64,000 bases of DNA from Octopus vulgaris (taxonomy: Eukaryota): contig OX597816.1 in NCBI GenBank assembly GCA_951406725.2, positions 65,782,001 to 65,846,000 of the forward strand, written 5' to 3'. Made by a program: the position numbers and the translations under genes. Under the pieces are notes generated by a model. That model made no database searches, had not been told where the DNA came from, and worked only from the letters and a program-made list of their open reading frames with translations. Numbering within the stretch: the stretch's first letter is position 1; the number at the start of each line of letters is the position of its first letter. Shown piece by piece: positions 25,976 through 38,997 of the stretch.

Positions 25976-26432
25976 AAGAGCAACCAATACATATGCTTGA
26001 CAGCTTATTTCAGTTTCCGTCTACCAAATCCACTCACAAGGCTTTCATTAGCCTGAGGCTATAGGAGAAGGCACTTGCTCAAGGTGCCACACAGTGGAAC
26101 TGAACCTGGAACTATGTGTTTGGAGGAAGCAAGCTCTGCATTGCAAATTCAAAATTAGCTTTTTTTCGATTAAAATCATTTGTTGCTTTTCTTATTCATA
26201 TTTTTTTTTATCCTGAAGACGTAGGAAAGGGGTATCTGTAAAATGGTATTTGGTAGAAAGGAGATGATGAGCTACAAAAGGTTGAGAACAAATGGACTAA
26301 ATGAAATTTAAGGTTATCTCAAATTGTTATTTTATAAATTATTCAACGATGGGTAATTGCTTGTATCACAGAGTTATCTTTCTGGCTCAATTCTAATTGT
26401 CTAAACAGCACTATGCATTATTAAACTTCCAT

Positions 26433-26745
26433 AAATTATGTATCAGTTTCAACATAGCAAATGGTAAAGTAATTGACCTTGAGATCCTAAAAGTCAATTT
26501 TATTTTTATCAAGTACAGTTATCTAGCAAACGTATTTATATTTAAATTATGCATCACTTTCAGCCGAACAGAGTAGTATCATGGCCTTGAGATCCTAAAG
26601 GTCACTTTTCTTTTTATCAAGGGCAGCTATTTAGCAAACATATATACCTTTCAATTATATATTACTTTCAACATAGCAGATCAAAGGTCATATCTATAAG
26701 AATTTAAAAGACAGTTTTCACTTTATCAAGTGTGGTTTTCTAATA
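26433..26745. repeat. Diverged tandem repeat, ~110-bp unit x ~3
   Basis: AATTAT..ACTTTCA..CCTTGAGATCCTAAA.GTCA..TTTATCAAG recurring at about 26433, 26544 and 26653. Confidence 0.75.
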
Positions 26746-27316
26746 ATGCTGTAATATTTCTAATTAAGCACCAGAAGTCTTAATTTTTTTTATTTATGTT
26801 TCAAAATCTGATTATACTTTCTTGTATGTATCTGAAATAAAGATACTAAAAGAATGGTTGGGAATTGATATTCAGAACAAGGCTTAATATTCAAGTCTTC
26901 AATGATAAATTTTAAGCTCTTTTTCCAGCTTGCATATAACACTGCCATCCTTCACTGGTCATTTTGTGCTTTTAAAGATCTATAGCATAAAATATCCTTT
27001 ACTTGAAATGCATGTAAAGATCTATGACAGCATCAAGCAGTAAAATTAAGCCTCAAAAAAAGTTCCCATCCAACACATGCTAGCATGGAAAAATGGGGAT
27101 TAAACAAACATATAAATGTGTGTTTATGCATGTACACACACAAACACACACACACACATATATATATTTTTCTATGCTTGGATGCTTTTTCTCTTATCAG
27201 CTCTCACTTGTTTCCAAGTAAGGTAATATTTTCCCTGGTCCTTTGTAGTAGATTGTAAATAAATGACACTGTTTTCAATCACTATGCAAATGTGAAGACT
27301 AGCAAGATAGTCCTCC

Positions 27317-27368
<52 letters not shown>

Positions 27369-28500
27369 CATTGTACTTATATACTTTATCATTGATTTCT
27401 CCGTCACTTACCAACTGCAATATTTTGCTGTTGTAATAAAATGAGGGAAGAGCTACATATTTTATCATTTGTTTTCTATGATACCAGTTATATTTCTCTA
27501 AACCTGGAACCATTTCATTTTACTTCAATCTTTCATTCATACATTGTCCCTCTTCACTCACATTTTACATTGATCATTCCACTCTTCTGTGATACCATAT
27601 TATCACTCGTCCCTCTCTACTGAACTGCTTCATGTTGATTTGTGGATTTATGTATATCACCACACATTTCTCACTCTCTCCCCATGCATTACATCCATCT
27701 TTACAAACACATTCTTTCCACCTGTTTCCACTTACACTCACCCACATGCAACATACCCACCCACATGCCATTATCTCTCCATCATTAACTACATTCACAT
27801 TTATTCCTTTCCAGTCCCTGGTCATCATCTATCACCTAGCTTCTATTCTACTCGTATTGCATCATAGACATCCCTCCCCTCAACCTTTGTTCATCATTCA
27901 GTATATTTGCACCCCTTACCCTATTTCTTACCCGTCCACTGTCTTCCAGTCTTGCTACCTCTATCCAGTCTTTTTATCTCTATCCAGTCTTTTTATCTCT
28001 ATCCAGTCTCCCTTTCTTGTTAACCTGCCCCCTAAGTCTACCCTTATACTTCATCATCACCATCTTAATTTCATTTTCCAGTTCCACAAGGATTACTTTC
28101 ACCTACAGATATCTTATGTGAGCAAAAATGTATCTTTTCTATAACAAGAAAACTTGCTCTGGACCCTCCTTTAATGCTCTCACATTTCATCAGCTAAGCG
28201 TGTAGCTGCTTTGTTCTTTGTTGTAGGCCAATGTAGCCAATAGGTCTTGCAAGTTACATCATGACCCTACTAGTGTTGTGTCACAAAAAAAAAAAAGTTA
28301 GAAAGAAACAACACCCGGTACATTCTGTAAATTGGTTAGCATCCAACTTAGAAGGGCATCCAACTTCAGAAACCATGCCGGAACAGACACTGGAGGAAGA
28401 CACAGTCCTGTAACCCTTCAGATCCTGACAAACTATCAAACATATACTAGCATGGAAGATGTACATTAAAAGATGTTGTATGTACATAAATATGTGAGTG

Positions 28501-28535
<35 letters not shown>

Positions 28536-28813
28536 ATATATACATATACACCCACACCCACACTCGCTAATATCAACCAGTGAGAATGAGTGTTCAACAT
28601 CACATTGGTGTTAATATTCTTTATTTGAGGTTTAATAAGGCTACCAATTGTTTCATATAAGAGGAATTTCTTAACAATTATCTAGCCTGCCACATGGAAG
28701 CGTTGGTACTCATCTCCATTTTGGATGGTATTCTCACACACATGCACATGCATATGCATACACACACGCACACACACACACACATATGTATATATATCTT
28801 TATATATATATAA

Positions 28814-28990
28814 AGGAATGGACGACAATCATTCGAATGATGCAGCATCAGTACTAGTTACATCATACTACATTTGTACTGCTCATATATATATATATAT
28901 ATGATATGGATGTATTGTTGAGCAGTACAAATGTAGTATGATATAACTAGTACTGATGCTGCATCATACGAATGATTGTCGTCCATTCCT
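28814..28990. repeat. Inverted repeat, 72-bp arms with 2 mismatches, 33-nt spacer
   Basis: 28814-28885 versus 28919-28990. Confidence 0.93.
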
Positions 28991-29580
28991 CCTCTCTAGT
29001 GATAGTGGATAACTTCTGAGGCAACAGAGAAGCTTGTGGTGTCCCTAGAATATGGGGATATAATGGGCCTAACACAGACCAGTAGGGATAACCTTAGAAA
29101 CAAAGAATTCAAACCTTACCATACCATGAATGTGAAGGAGAGGACTGCAGAAGCTAAACAGGTAAATAAAAAAAAAGGTAAAAAGCCATTATATGGGGTT
29201 GCTATAATGTAACAAAGAAAGATGGGAGGAGTTTGTGATTGGGTAAAAGATAGGATGGAAGAAAGTTTGGTCATGGGATTCAGTCAGAATCAGTTCTCTG
29301 ATTCGCTCTATCTACGATATGCTTTGTGGTCCTGAAAACTTGAAGCATTGAAAAATAGGAGTGGACTGTGAAAATGTGGAAGCATCGGAGTGATGAGACA
29401 CATAGTCTCCAATTGCCCATGAGGTCTGAAGTGCAGATAAACTTAGTAACATAATCAACTACTTAACATATTGGCTGTTACAGTAGTGGAGATTAATAAC
29501 AGTAGAAAGCCATAAGGAGTGGAGCATGGGAGGTTTCTCAGGGAAGGTGAATGCAGCATGCCAGCCAGTATATATATACT

Positions 29581-29632
<52 letters not shown>

Positions 29633-29768
29633 ATACATGTATGTCTATATATGTATATATATGTATACATGTATGTCTATATATGTATGTATATATATAT
29701 ATGTGTGTATGTATATATATATATACATACATATATATATACATACATATATATACATATATATATAC

Positions 29769-29803
<35 letters not shown>

Positions 29804-29847
29804 CATATACATACATATATATATACATACATATATATATACATATA

Positions 29848-30098
29848 TATCATCATCATCATCATCATCATCATCGTTTAACGTCCGTTTTCCGCACTAG
29901 CACGGGTTGGACGGTTTCGACCGGGGTCTGGGGAGCTCGGGACTGCCCCAGGCTCCAGTCTAGTCTGGCAGTGTTTCTACAGCTGGATGCCCTTCCTAAC
30001 GCCAACCACTCCGCGAGTGTAGTGGGTGTTTTTTACGTGCCACCTGCACAGGTGCCAGAGGGGTCTGGCATCGGCCACGTTCGGATGGTGCTTTTTAT
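29848..30098 (-). mobile_element. RTE 3'-end repeat (family C), truncated by the tandem array
   Basis: Same motifs; ends abruptly at about 30098. Confidence 0.85.
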
Positions 30099-30915
30099 GG
30101 GGGGGGTGCAGAAATATAGGGGAGCACCAGTGGGAGGGGTGGTTCAGAGGACAGGTACTAGGCAAGTAGAACGTAGGATATCGAGAGAGGGGTAATGCAT
30201 GGTGAAATAGCGTATTGAAGAGGGGGGTTCAAAGAGTAGACACCTATAATGGTGGTGGGGGGTGCAGAAATATAGGGGAGCACCAGTGGGAGGGGTGGTT
30301 CAGGGGACAGGTTCTAGGCAAGTAGAACGTAGGATATCGAGAGAGGGGTAATGCATGGTGAAATAGCGTATTGAAGAGGGGGTTCAAAGAGTAGACACCT
30401 ATAATGGTGGTGGGGGGTGCAGAAATATAGGGGAGCACCAGTGGGAGGAGTGAGCACCAGTGGGAGGGGTGAGCACCAGTGGGAGGGGTAGTTCAGAGGA
30501 CAGGTTCTAGGCAAGTAGAACGTAGGATATCGAGAGAGGGGTAATGCATGGTGAATAGCGTATTGAAGAGGGGGTTCAAAGAGTAGACACCTATAATGGT
30601 GGGGGGGTGCAGAAATATAGGGGAGCACCAGTGGGAGGGGTGGTTCAGAGGACAGGTTCTAGGCAAGTAGAACGTAGGATATCGAGAGAGGGGTAATGCA
30701 TGGTGAAATAGCGTATTGAAGAGGGGGTTCAAAGAGTAGACACCTATAATGGTGGTGGGGGGTGCAGAAATATAGGGGAGCACCAGTGGGAGGGGTGGTT
30801 CAGAGGACAGGTTCTGGGCAAGTAGAACGTAGGATATCGAGAGAGGGGTAATGCATGGTGAAATAGCGTATTGAAGAGGGGGGTTCAAAGAGTAGACACC
30901 TATAATGGTGGTGGG
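30099..30915. repeat. Young tandem array, ~155-bp unit x 5
   Basis: TGCAGAAATATAGG at 30108, 30263, 30418, 30608 and 30763; unit 3 has an internal triplication of a 19-bp motif. Confidence 0.95.
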
Positions 30916-31379
30916 AGAAACGACATCCGGTATAGTTGGAGCAAAATAGAGATATCCGGTATTGGTGGTGGGGGTGGGTAGGGCGGGCGCGCCGCGAAGA
31001 ATCGGCAGCCAATTTCTAATCAGCCCTGTAAGGGAGATAGATCTTAAATATCTATAACGATAACTAGTGAATTATACAGAATATGCAAAAACGAGGCGAG
31101 GCTGAAATAGTAAACAGAGTGGCGACTAGGGGGATCAGAATAATAATAATTAATAAATAATAATAATAAATAGAGATACGGATGAATTAAAGTTCAAAGA
31201 TTTCTTATCTTGGGATCACTTCGTTTACGGACAGACTTGGCAAAAAGGAATTCGGAATCAAGAATGAGGCAGGTTACTAGCTTAAGTATGCATAGCCATG
31301 GCGAGGGGTAGGAAGAGAGGAGTCCAGACAGACGACAATGTAAAAAGAGGGGGAGAGAAGGGAAGAGATATATACATAC

Positions 31380-31479
<100 letters not shown>

Positions 31480-31662
31480 ATATTTCGGAATGGTCATATT
31501 GCCAGTTTAGCCAATAAAAACACACGCACTATATATTTGGTGTTATTTTGCTTCAGTGATATTTATTTTTTACATTAATCTTAATCTTATTTCGGCCAAA
31601 GTTCTTTCGTCACACTCCTGTGACCGCATCAGTGGTCCTTTGTTTTCTTCTCACTTACTTCT

Positions 31663-31714
<52 letters not shown>

Positions 31715-31727
31715 CATATATATATAT

Positions 31728-31852
<125 letters not shown>

Positions 31853-32158
31853 CATATATATAAATATATATATATTCACATATATATATATATACATACA
31901 TACATATATATATATATGTATGTATATATATATATATATGTATGTATATATATATATATATATGAATGTATATATATATGTATGTATATATATATATGTA
32001 TGTATATATATATATATATGTATGTATATATATGTCTGTATATATATATATGTATATGTATATATAAATGTATGTATATGTGTGTATATATAAATGTATG
32101 TATATGTGTGTATATATAAATGTATGTATATGTATGTATATATAAATGTATGTATATG

Positions 32159-32207
<49 letters not shown>

Positions 32208-33055
32208 CAGGCCCTGCGCTACCAGCATCCAAAACTGAATTTTAAACTTACAGGATACACCGGTCCACAGGGAAGTTCAATCCCAGAGCCTAAGTCTGTG
32301 AGGGACCTGGGAATCTTCATGAGTGATGATACCTCTTTCCAACAAAGTGCAGACAAAGTGCAGACAACTAGCTGGGTGGATTCTAAGAACATTCAGAACT
32401 AGAGATAAGGAAACCATGATGGTCCTCTGGCGGACATTCGTCCTCAGCCGCCTGGATTACTGCTCACAGCTATGGTCACCCATCAGTGTAAAATTAACAG
32501 CGGACCTTGAAGCAATCCAGAGAAGATTCACAAAGAAGATTGTCTCTTTGCAACAGCTCAGCTACTGGGAAAGGTTGAAACAGCTAAGACTCTACTCCCT
32601 GGAGAGAAGACGGGAGAGGTATGCAGTAATATATGTCTGGAAGATCCTGGAAGGAATTGTGCCAAATTTTGGCATTGTAAGCTACACCAATGCTAGAACG
32701 GGACGACACTGCATAGTTCCAAAGATCCCTACAATGCCATCACGTTTCAGGACCAGCTTCTGCAACAGCCTGGGTTTCAAGGGCCCACAGCTTTTTAATA
32801 TTCTCCCAAAGAGTCTGAGGAACTTGCACAAAGTAGATGTAGCGGTTTTTAAATCAAAGCTGGATATCTTCCTATTGAGAGTCCCAGATGAACCTACTTC
32901 ACGGCAAGAGGTGCAAATGAGAGTAGCTATATCAAACTCCATTCTTCACCAAGTGCCACATATTAGACGAGGATCCTTGTAATAACAGTGTAGCACAAAA
33001 CGGCAGTGCATCAGCATGGCCACAGCTCTGAGCTGAAACTAGAAAGAAAAAAAAA
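32208..33055 (+). mobile_element. 5'-truncated CR1/L2-group LINE inside a (TA)n field
   Basis: ORFs 32094-32402 and 32323-32982 (frameshift near 32345); 3' tail GCATGGCCACAGCTCTGAGCTGAAAC. Confidence 0.92.
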
Positions 33056-33066
33056 TACATGTATAT

Positions 33067-33116
<50 letters not shown>

Positions 33117-33117
33117 A

Positions 33118-33161
<44 letters not shown>

Positions 33162-33501
33162 TGTGTATATATATATGTATATGCATGTGTATATATATGT
33201 ATTTATATATATATGTATATGTATATATGTGTATGTATATATGTGTATGTATATATGTATGTATATGTATGTGTATATATATATACATATATATGTATAT
33301 ATGTATGTATATGTATGTGTGTATATATACATATATGTGTATATATATATATATATGTATGTATATGTATGTGTGTATATATATATATATATGTATATTT
33401 ATATATATGTATATGCATGTGTATATATATGTATGTATTTATATGTATGTATATATATGTATGTATGTATATGTATATATGTGTATGTATATATATATGT
33501 A

Positions 33502-34532
33502 TAAATCCTTAAATCCTGAAAAATGTTTTAGCCTGAAGGCCGCGGCCATGCTGGGGCACCACGGCTGAATGAGCTACACTAATATGTGAATCCACCTCTG
33601 ATACGTGGCACTTGATCAACAAGGGAGTTCGATGCTGCTGCCCGCATCTGCGTCTCCTGTCGTGAGGTAGGTTCATCTGGGACTCCCAACAAGAAGAGAT
33701 CCAGTTTAGTCTTAAAGAAACCCACATCCATACCATGTAAGTCTCTCAGGCATTTAGGGAGGATGTTAAAGAGCTGTGGTCCTCTGAAACCCAAGCCGTT
33801 GCAGTATCTGTACCTGTATTTTGATGGTGATGTTAGAATATTTGGCACCATGCAGTGGCGCCCCGTTCTGCAGTTGGGGTAACTTTGAATGCCAAAGTTT
33901 GGGACAAGACCCTCCAGGATTTTCCAGATGTATATCTCCGCATATCTCTCCTGCCTCCGCTCTAGGGAGAAGAGGTTTAATACTTTCAGTCTTTTCCAGT
34001 AGCTGATATTTTGCATTGAGACGATTTTCTTTGTGTAGCTTCTCTGAATTGCTTCTGCTGTTAGTTTTATACTGTGTGGTGACCAAAGTTGGGAGCAGTA
34101 GTCCAAGCGGCTGAGGACGAATGTTTTCCATAGGACCATCAGTGTCTCCTTCTCTCTTGTTCTGAAAGTTCGGAGAATCCATCCAGCTAGCTAATTTCCA
34201 TTAGCATTCTCTCGAGCTGAGACTTCTCACCACTTTTGGTGTGCTTGCTCAGGCGGTTCGCAATCCTTGTCCGTCGTCTCATAAGAATCTTCCTTTCTCT
34301 AGGGATCCTGTTTTTGTGTGTGCTGGCCCTGCACACTGGGATATATTTGTCACATATCCGTCTGCATTTTATCACCAGATTAGTAATATGCACTTGGCAA
34401 GGTGCATCATTGCTCATGTCAATGCCCAGGTCACGCACTGATTTTGACTCAGGGATTGCAATTCTTCCTGGGCCAGTGTATCCAGTCTTCACGTCATTTA
34501 CCTTTGTGTGCCAGTAGCGCAGGGCCTGGAAC
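33502..34532 (-). mobile_element. 5'-truncated CR1/L2-group LINE (third subfamily) with an internal inserted segment
   Basis: ORFs 34187-34492 and 33579-34139; (AGGATTTA)n tail at about 33502-33516. Confidence 0.9.
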
Positions 34533-35068
34533 TACACAAATAAAATCGGCTCAATGCAAAATATCAGCTACTGGGAAAGACTGAAGGTATTAAACCTCTT
34601 CTCCCTAGAGCGGAGGCGGGAGAGATATGCAGTGATATACATCTGGAAAATCCTGGAGGGTCTTGTCCCAAACTTTGGCATTCAAAGTTACTCCAACCAC
34701 AGAACGGGTCGCCGCTGCGTGGTTTCAAGGATTCCAACATCACCATCAAAATACAGGTCCAGATACTGCAACAGCTTGGGTTTCAGAGGACCACAGCTCT
34801 TTAACATCCTCCCTAAATGCCTGAGAGACTTACATGGTGTGGATGTGGGTTTCTTTAAAACTAAACTGGATCTCTTCTTGTTGGGAGTCCCAGATGAACC
34901 TACCTCACGACAGGAGACGCGGATGCGGGCAGCAGCATCGAACTCCCTTGTTGATCAAGTGCCACATATCAGAGGTGGATTCACAAACTAGTGTAGCTCA
35001 TTCAGCGGTGGTGCCCCAGCATGGCCGCGGCCTTCGGGCTAAAATATTTTTAAGGATTTAAGGATTTA
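34533..35068 (+). mobile_element. 5'-truncated CR1/L2-group LINE, head-to-head with the previous copy
   Basis: ORF 34554-34991; (AGGATTTA)n tail. Confidence 0.9.
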
Positions 35069-35105
35069 TATATGTATGTATATATATATATGTATGTATG
35101 TATGT

Positions 35106-35136
<31 letters not shown>

Positions 35137-35407
35137 TGTATATATGTATGTATATATATACGTATATATGTATGTATATATATATGTATATATATATATG
35201 TATGTATGTATGTATGTATATATATATATGTATGTATGTATGTATGTATATATATATATGTATGTATGTATATATATATATGTATATATGTATGTGTGTA
35301 TATATATATATGTATATATGTATGTGTGTATATGTATATATGTATGTATATGTATGTATATATGTATGTATGCATATATATGTATATATACATGAATGTA
35401 TATATAT

Positions 35408-35462
<55 letters not shown>

Positions 35463-35516
35463 CATGTATATATATATATATACATGTATATGTATATATA
35501 TACATGTATATATATA

Positions 35517-35680
35517 CTCACGGAGTGGTTGGCGTTAGGAAGGGCATCCAGCTGTAGAAACACTGCCAGATAAGACTGGAGCCTGGTGCAGCCTTCTGGC
35601 TTCCCAGATCCCGGTCGAACCGTCCAACCCATGCTAGCATGGAGAACGGACGTTAAACGACGATGATGATGATGATGATG
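35517..35680 (+). mobile_element. RTE 3'-end repeat (family C) inside a (TA)n field
   Basis: AGGAAGGGCATCC..(GAT)n. Confidence 0.85.
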
Positions 35681-35864
35681 TATATATATATATATACATG
35701 TATATATATATACATGTATATGTATATATATACATGTATGTATATATATACACATGTATGTATATATATACACATGTATGTATATATATACACATGTATG
35801 TGTATATATATATATATATACATGTATATATATATATATACATGTATGTATATATATATACATG

Positions 35865-36038
<174 letters not shown>

Positions 36039-36303
36039 ATATATATATATACATGTATATATATATATATATACATGTATATATATATATATATACATGT
36101 ATATATATATATACATGTATATATATATATATACATGTATGTGTATATATATATATATACATGTATATATATGTGTGTATATATATATATATATGGCTGT
36201 ATATATATGTATATGTATGTGTCTTTGTATGTATATATATATATATGTATATATGTTTATATATATACGTAAATATATATACGTATATATATTTATATGT
36301 GTA

Positions 36304-36334
<31 letters not shown>

Positions 36335-36349
36335 CATCATCGTTGGATG

Positions 36350-36387
<38 letters not shown>

Positions 36388-36396
36388 TCTCCTTTA

Positions 36397-37355
36397 ATTG
36401 CTAGGTTGAATCGTCAGTGTGCCACTATTAGTCACGATATCATTCAAGAGAAAGCTTTGTCTTTGTTTGAGGACCTGAAGGAAAAATATCCAGATGAGAA
36501 AGTTGAGTTCAAGACAAGTCTAGAATGGCTCATATGACTTAATGAGCAAAGAATTTATCACTGCATTAAGAAGCAAGGTGCAATTGCATCAGCTGACGAA
36601 CAAGCAGCAGTGGAATTTCTTAATGCATTCAAGAAAATCATCAAGGAAAATGAGTTTCCTTCCAAACAGATTTTTAATCTAGACAAAACTGGATTGTATG
36701 GGAAGAAATTACCAGACCAGTCATTCATTTCTATGGAGGGGAAAACTATTCCAGGTAAGAAGGTCTCAAAAGAACATGAGACCATTACGTTGGGAGGTAA
36801 TTATGCAGGAGATTTTAAGTTAAAACCATTGCTTGTGTATCATGCACACAACCCTGTGCCCTGAAGAGCATACCCAAGGCATCTCTCCCTGTTATATGAA
36901 TGGCTAATTCAAAAGCATGGAATACTGTTGTTGTTTTTGCAGACTGTTTCTTCAGTTATTTTATCCAAGCAACAGAGAAGTACTATAACGAGAAGGGAAT
37001 ACCTTTTAAGATTTTACTTATCTTAGATATTGCTCCTAGCCACCCATAAAACCTCCTACCGTCATATACCTCCCTCTGAACACCACATCTCTTCTGCAGC
37101 CAATGGATCAGGAAATAATTGATATTTTCAAGTGTTACTATATGAAGCATACACTGCGGCAAGCAATAGCTGCAACTGATCTTGATGAGCCCATCACACT
37201 TCATGACTTTTGGAAGAGATACAATATCTACAAGGCTGTACAGAACATAGCAGTGGCATGGAATGATATACGGAGCACGGCTATGAATGGACTACGGAAG
37301 AAGCTGTGCCCACAATTCGGGAATTATTTTAAGGGGTTTGATAATCTTGCCATCA
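36397..37355 (+). mobile_element. Tigger/pogo transposase pseudogene fragment
   Basis: CENP-B-type [16 protein letters not shown]; DDE_1 motifs QIFNLDKTGL, GGNYAGDFKLKPLLVY, LLILDIAPSH, NTTSLLQPMDQEII; stops and frameshifts. Confidence 0.88.
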
Positions 37356-37364
37356 ATAAAATGT

Positions 37365-38260
37365 ATGTGAATGGAAATTCCATTTCTTGAGATACATGTG
37401 GTATCCTTGGCATTAGCAGATCTGATCCTGCCTAAAGACCAGAAGTAACCTCAACCTCAATAACATGATCATGTAAACTGACAATGATGTAGCATGTGCT
37501 ATTGCTATGTCCATTAGGAGTATCTAAATTTCTCAGAAGCATTATGCATCATTTTTTCTTCAGTTTGAGAAAGTGTGGTGGAAACCCTGATGGTGTAAAT
37601 TTGTTGATGAACTCGATTGGGTACAGAGTTTCATTATCAGCTGTATCTGAGCTTCTGTATAATTTTAGCTCACCAGGGATCATGGTCAACAGAAAATCAT
37701 TCATAAATTGTGCTGCTTCATTTTTTGGAGTAACAATGGTTCTATTTGCAAGTCACACAGGGTTTGTGAAGTTACTTTTGAGGTCAACATATACAAAATA
37801 ACATAGATCTGAAAGAGTACCACTTCCAAGGCAAAGGTCATTGGGTAGTTTGATTTCAAATTCATCTAGGCTTTGTTCAACAGAAATGTTACCATTTCCT
37901 ACATCGAGAAGGTAATTAGCAAACTCTCTTTCATCAGAATGACTTTCTGTAAGATGTCTTAGATTGGTTGTCAACTCCACTACTTCCTCATGTTTGTAAA
38001 GAAAAAAATGTCTTTAGTGTTGCATCAACAATTTGTGATGTGAGACCAGTATTTTGAAGTAGAATATTCTCCTCTTGAGATACCTTAACCAGTCGGTCAT
38101 GTGTAGCGGAAACACAATCATGTCTACGTCTCCGTGCATATTCAGACATCTGTTTCAGTCACTTTGCCCCGGTTTCATCTGATTCAGTGATTCAGTTGCC
38201 TGTCTTTCTCTCTGCTGTTGTTCCTTTGCTAAATTTTCTTTTTCAATCGAATATTATATA
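37365..38260 (-). mobile_element. Helitron Rep/helicase (PIF1-like) pseudogene fragment
   Basis: LTTNLR..EFANYLLDVGNG, IVTPKNE, YPIEFINKFTPSGFPPHFLKLKK, IMLLRNLD, MPRIPHVSQEMEFPF. Confidence 0.85.
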
Positions 38261-38865
38261 TAAATGAAAGCTTGTTAAAAGCTATTTTGTTTAGTGCGCT
38301 AGAAATAGCAGCGATCACATAGTTATTATAGTAAGGCTTATAGCTTTTCAAGTAGACATACAACAAAATCACTCCTACATTAAAAAAAAAAAAATTATAC
38401 AGGTATATTAAAAAGTTTTCATTGTATCAAAAATATTCATTTAACAAACTCAGGAAACTGATAATATTCTTGAAATTGTGTCTCGTTTCGAAGTTATACA
38501 GCTATTATTAAATTATCATTAATAAAAATAGAAGTGGGCGAGAATGAGGAACTGTTGCAAATAAAAATGTAAAATGTTGCCTGCAACAAATTAACAATGT
38601 TTGTTATTAAACATTAAAATCTAATCTGCAGTGAAGGCAATGAATATATAAATTTTTAAAGAATTGGATGCAGTGAATGCAATGAATATTTAAATTTGTG
38701 AGAATTTGGAGTTAAAAAAATTCAGTAAACTTCAGAAATCAAAATTATAGGAAATTTCTTAGAACATGAATTTATAAAAATATTTCCAGTTGGTCAAGCT
38801 TTTGATATTGCTTTCTTTTAGTAATTTAGTAATTGTTACATTCTGAAGCAGCTTTCACCATTATA

Positions 38866-38931
<66 letters not shown>

Positions 38932-38938
38932 ATGTATG

Positions 38939-38997
<59 letters not shown>

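Noticed and set aside
30099-30915. CRISPR-like or coding repeat array
   Set aside because: Whole units repeat with no unique spacers, no cas genes, eukaryotic context, and 155 is not a multiple of 3
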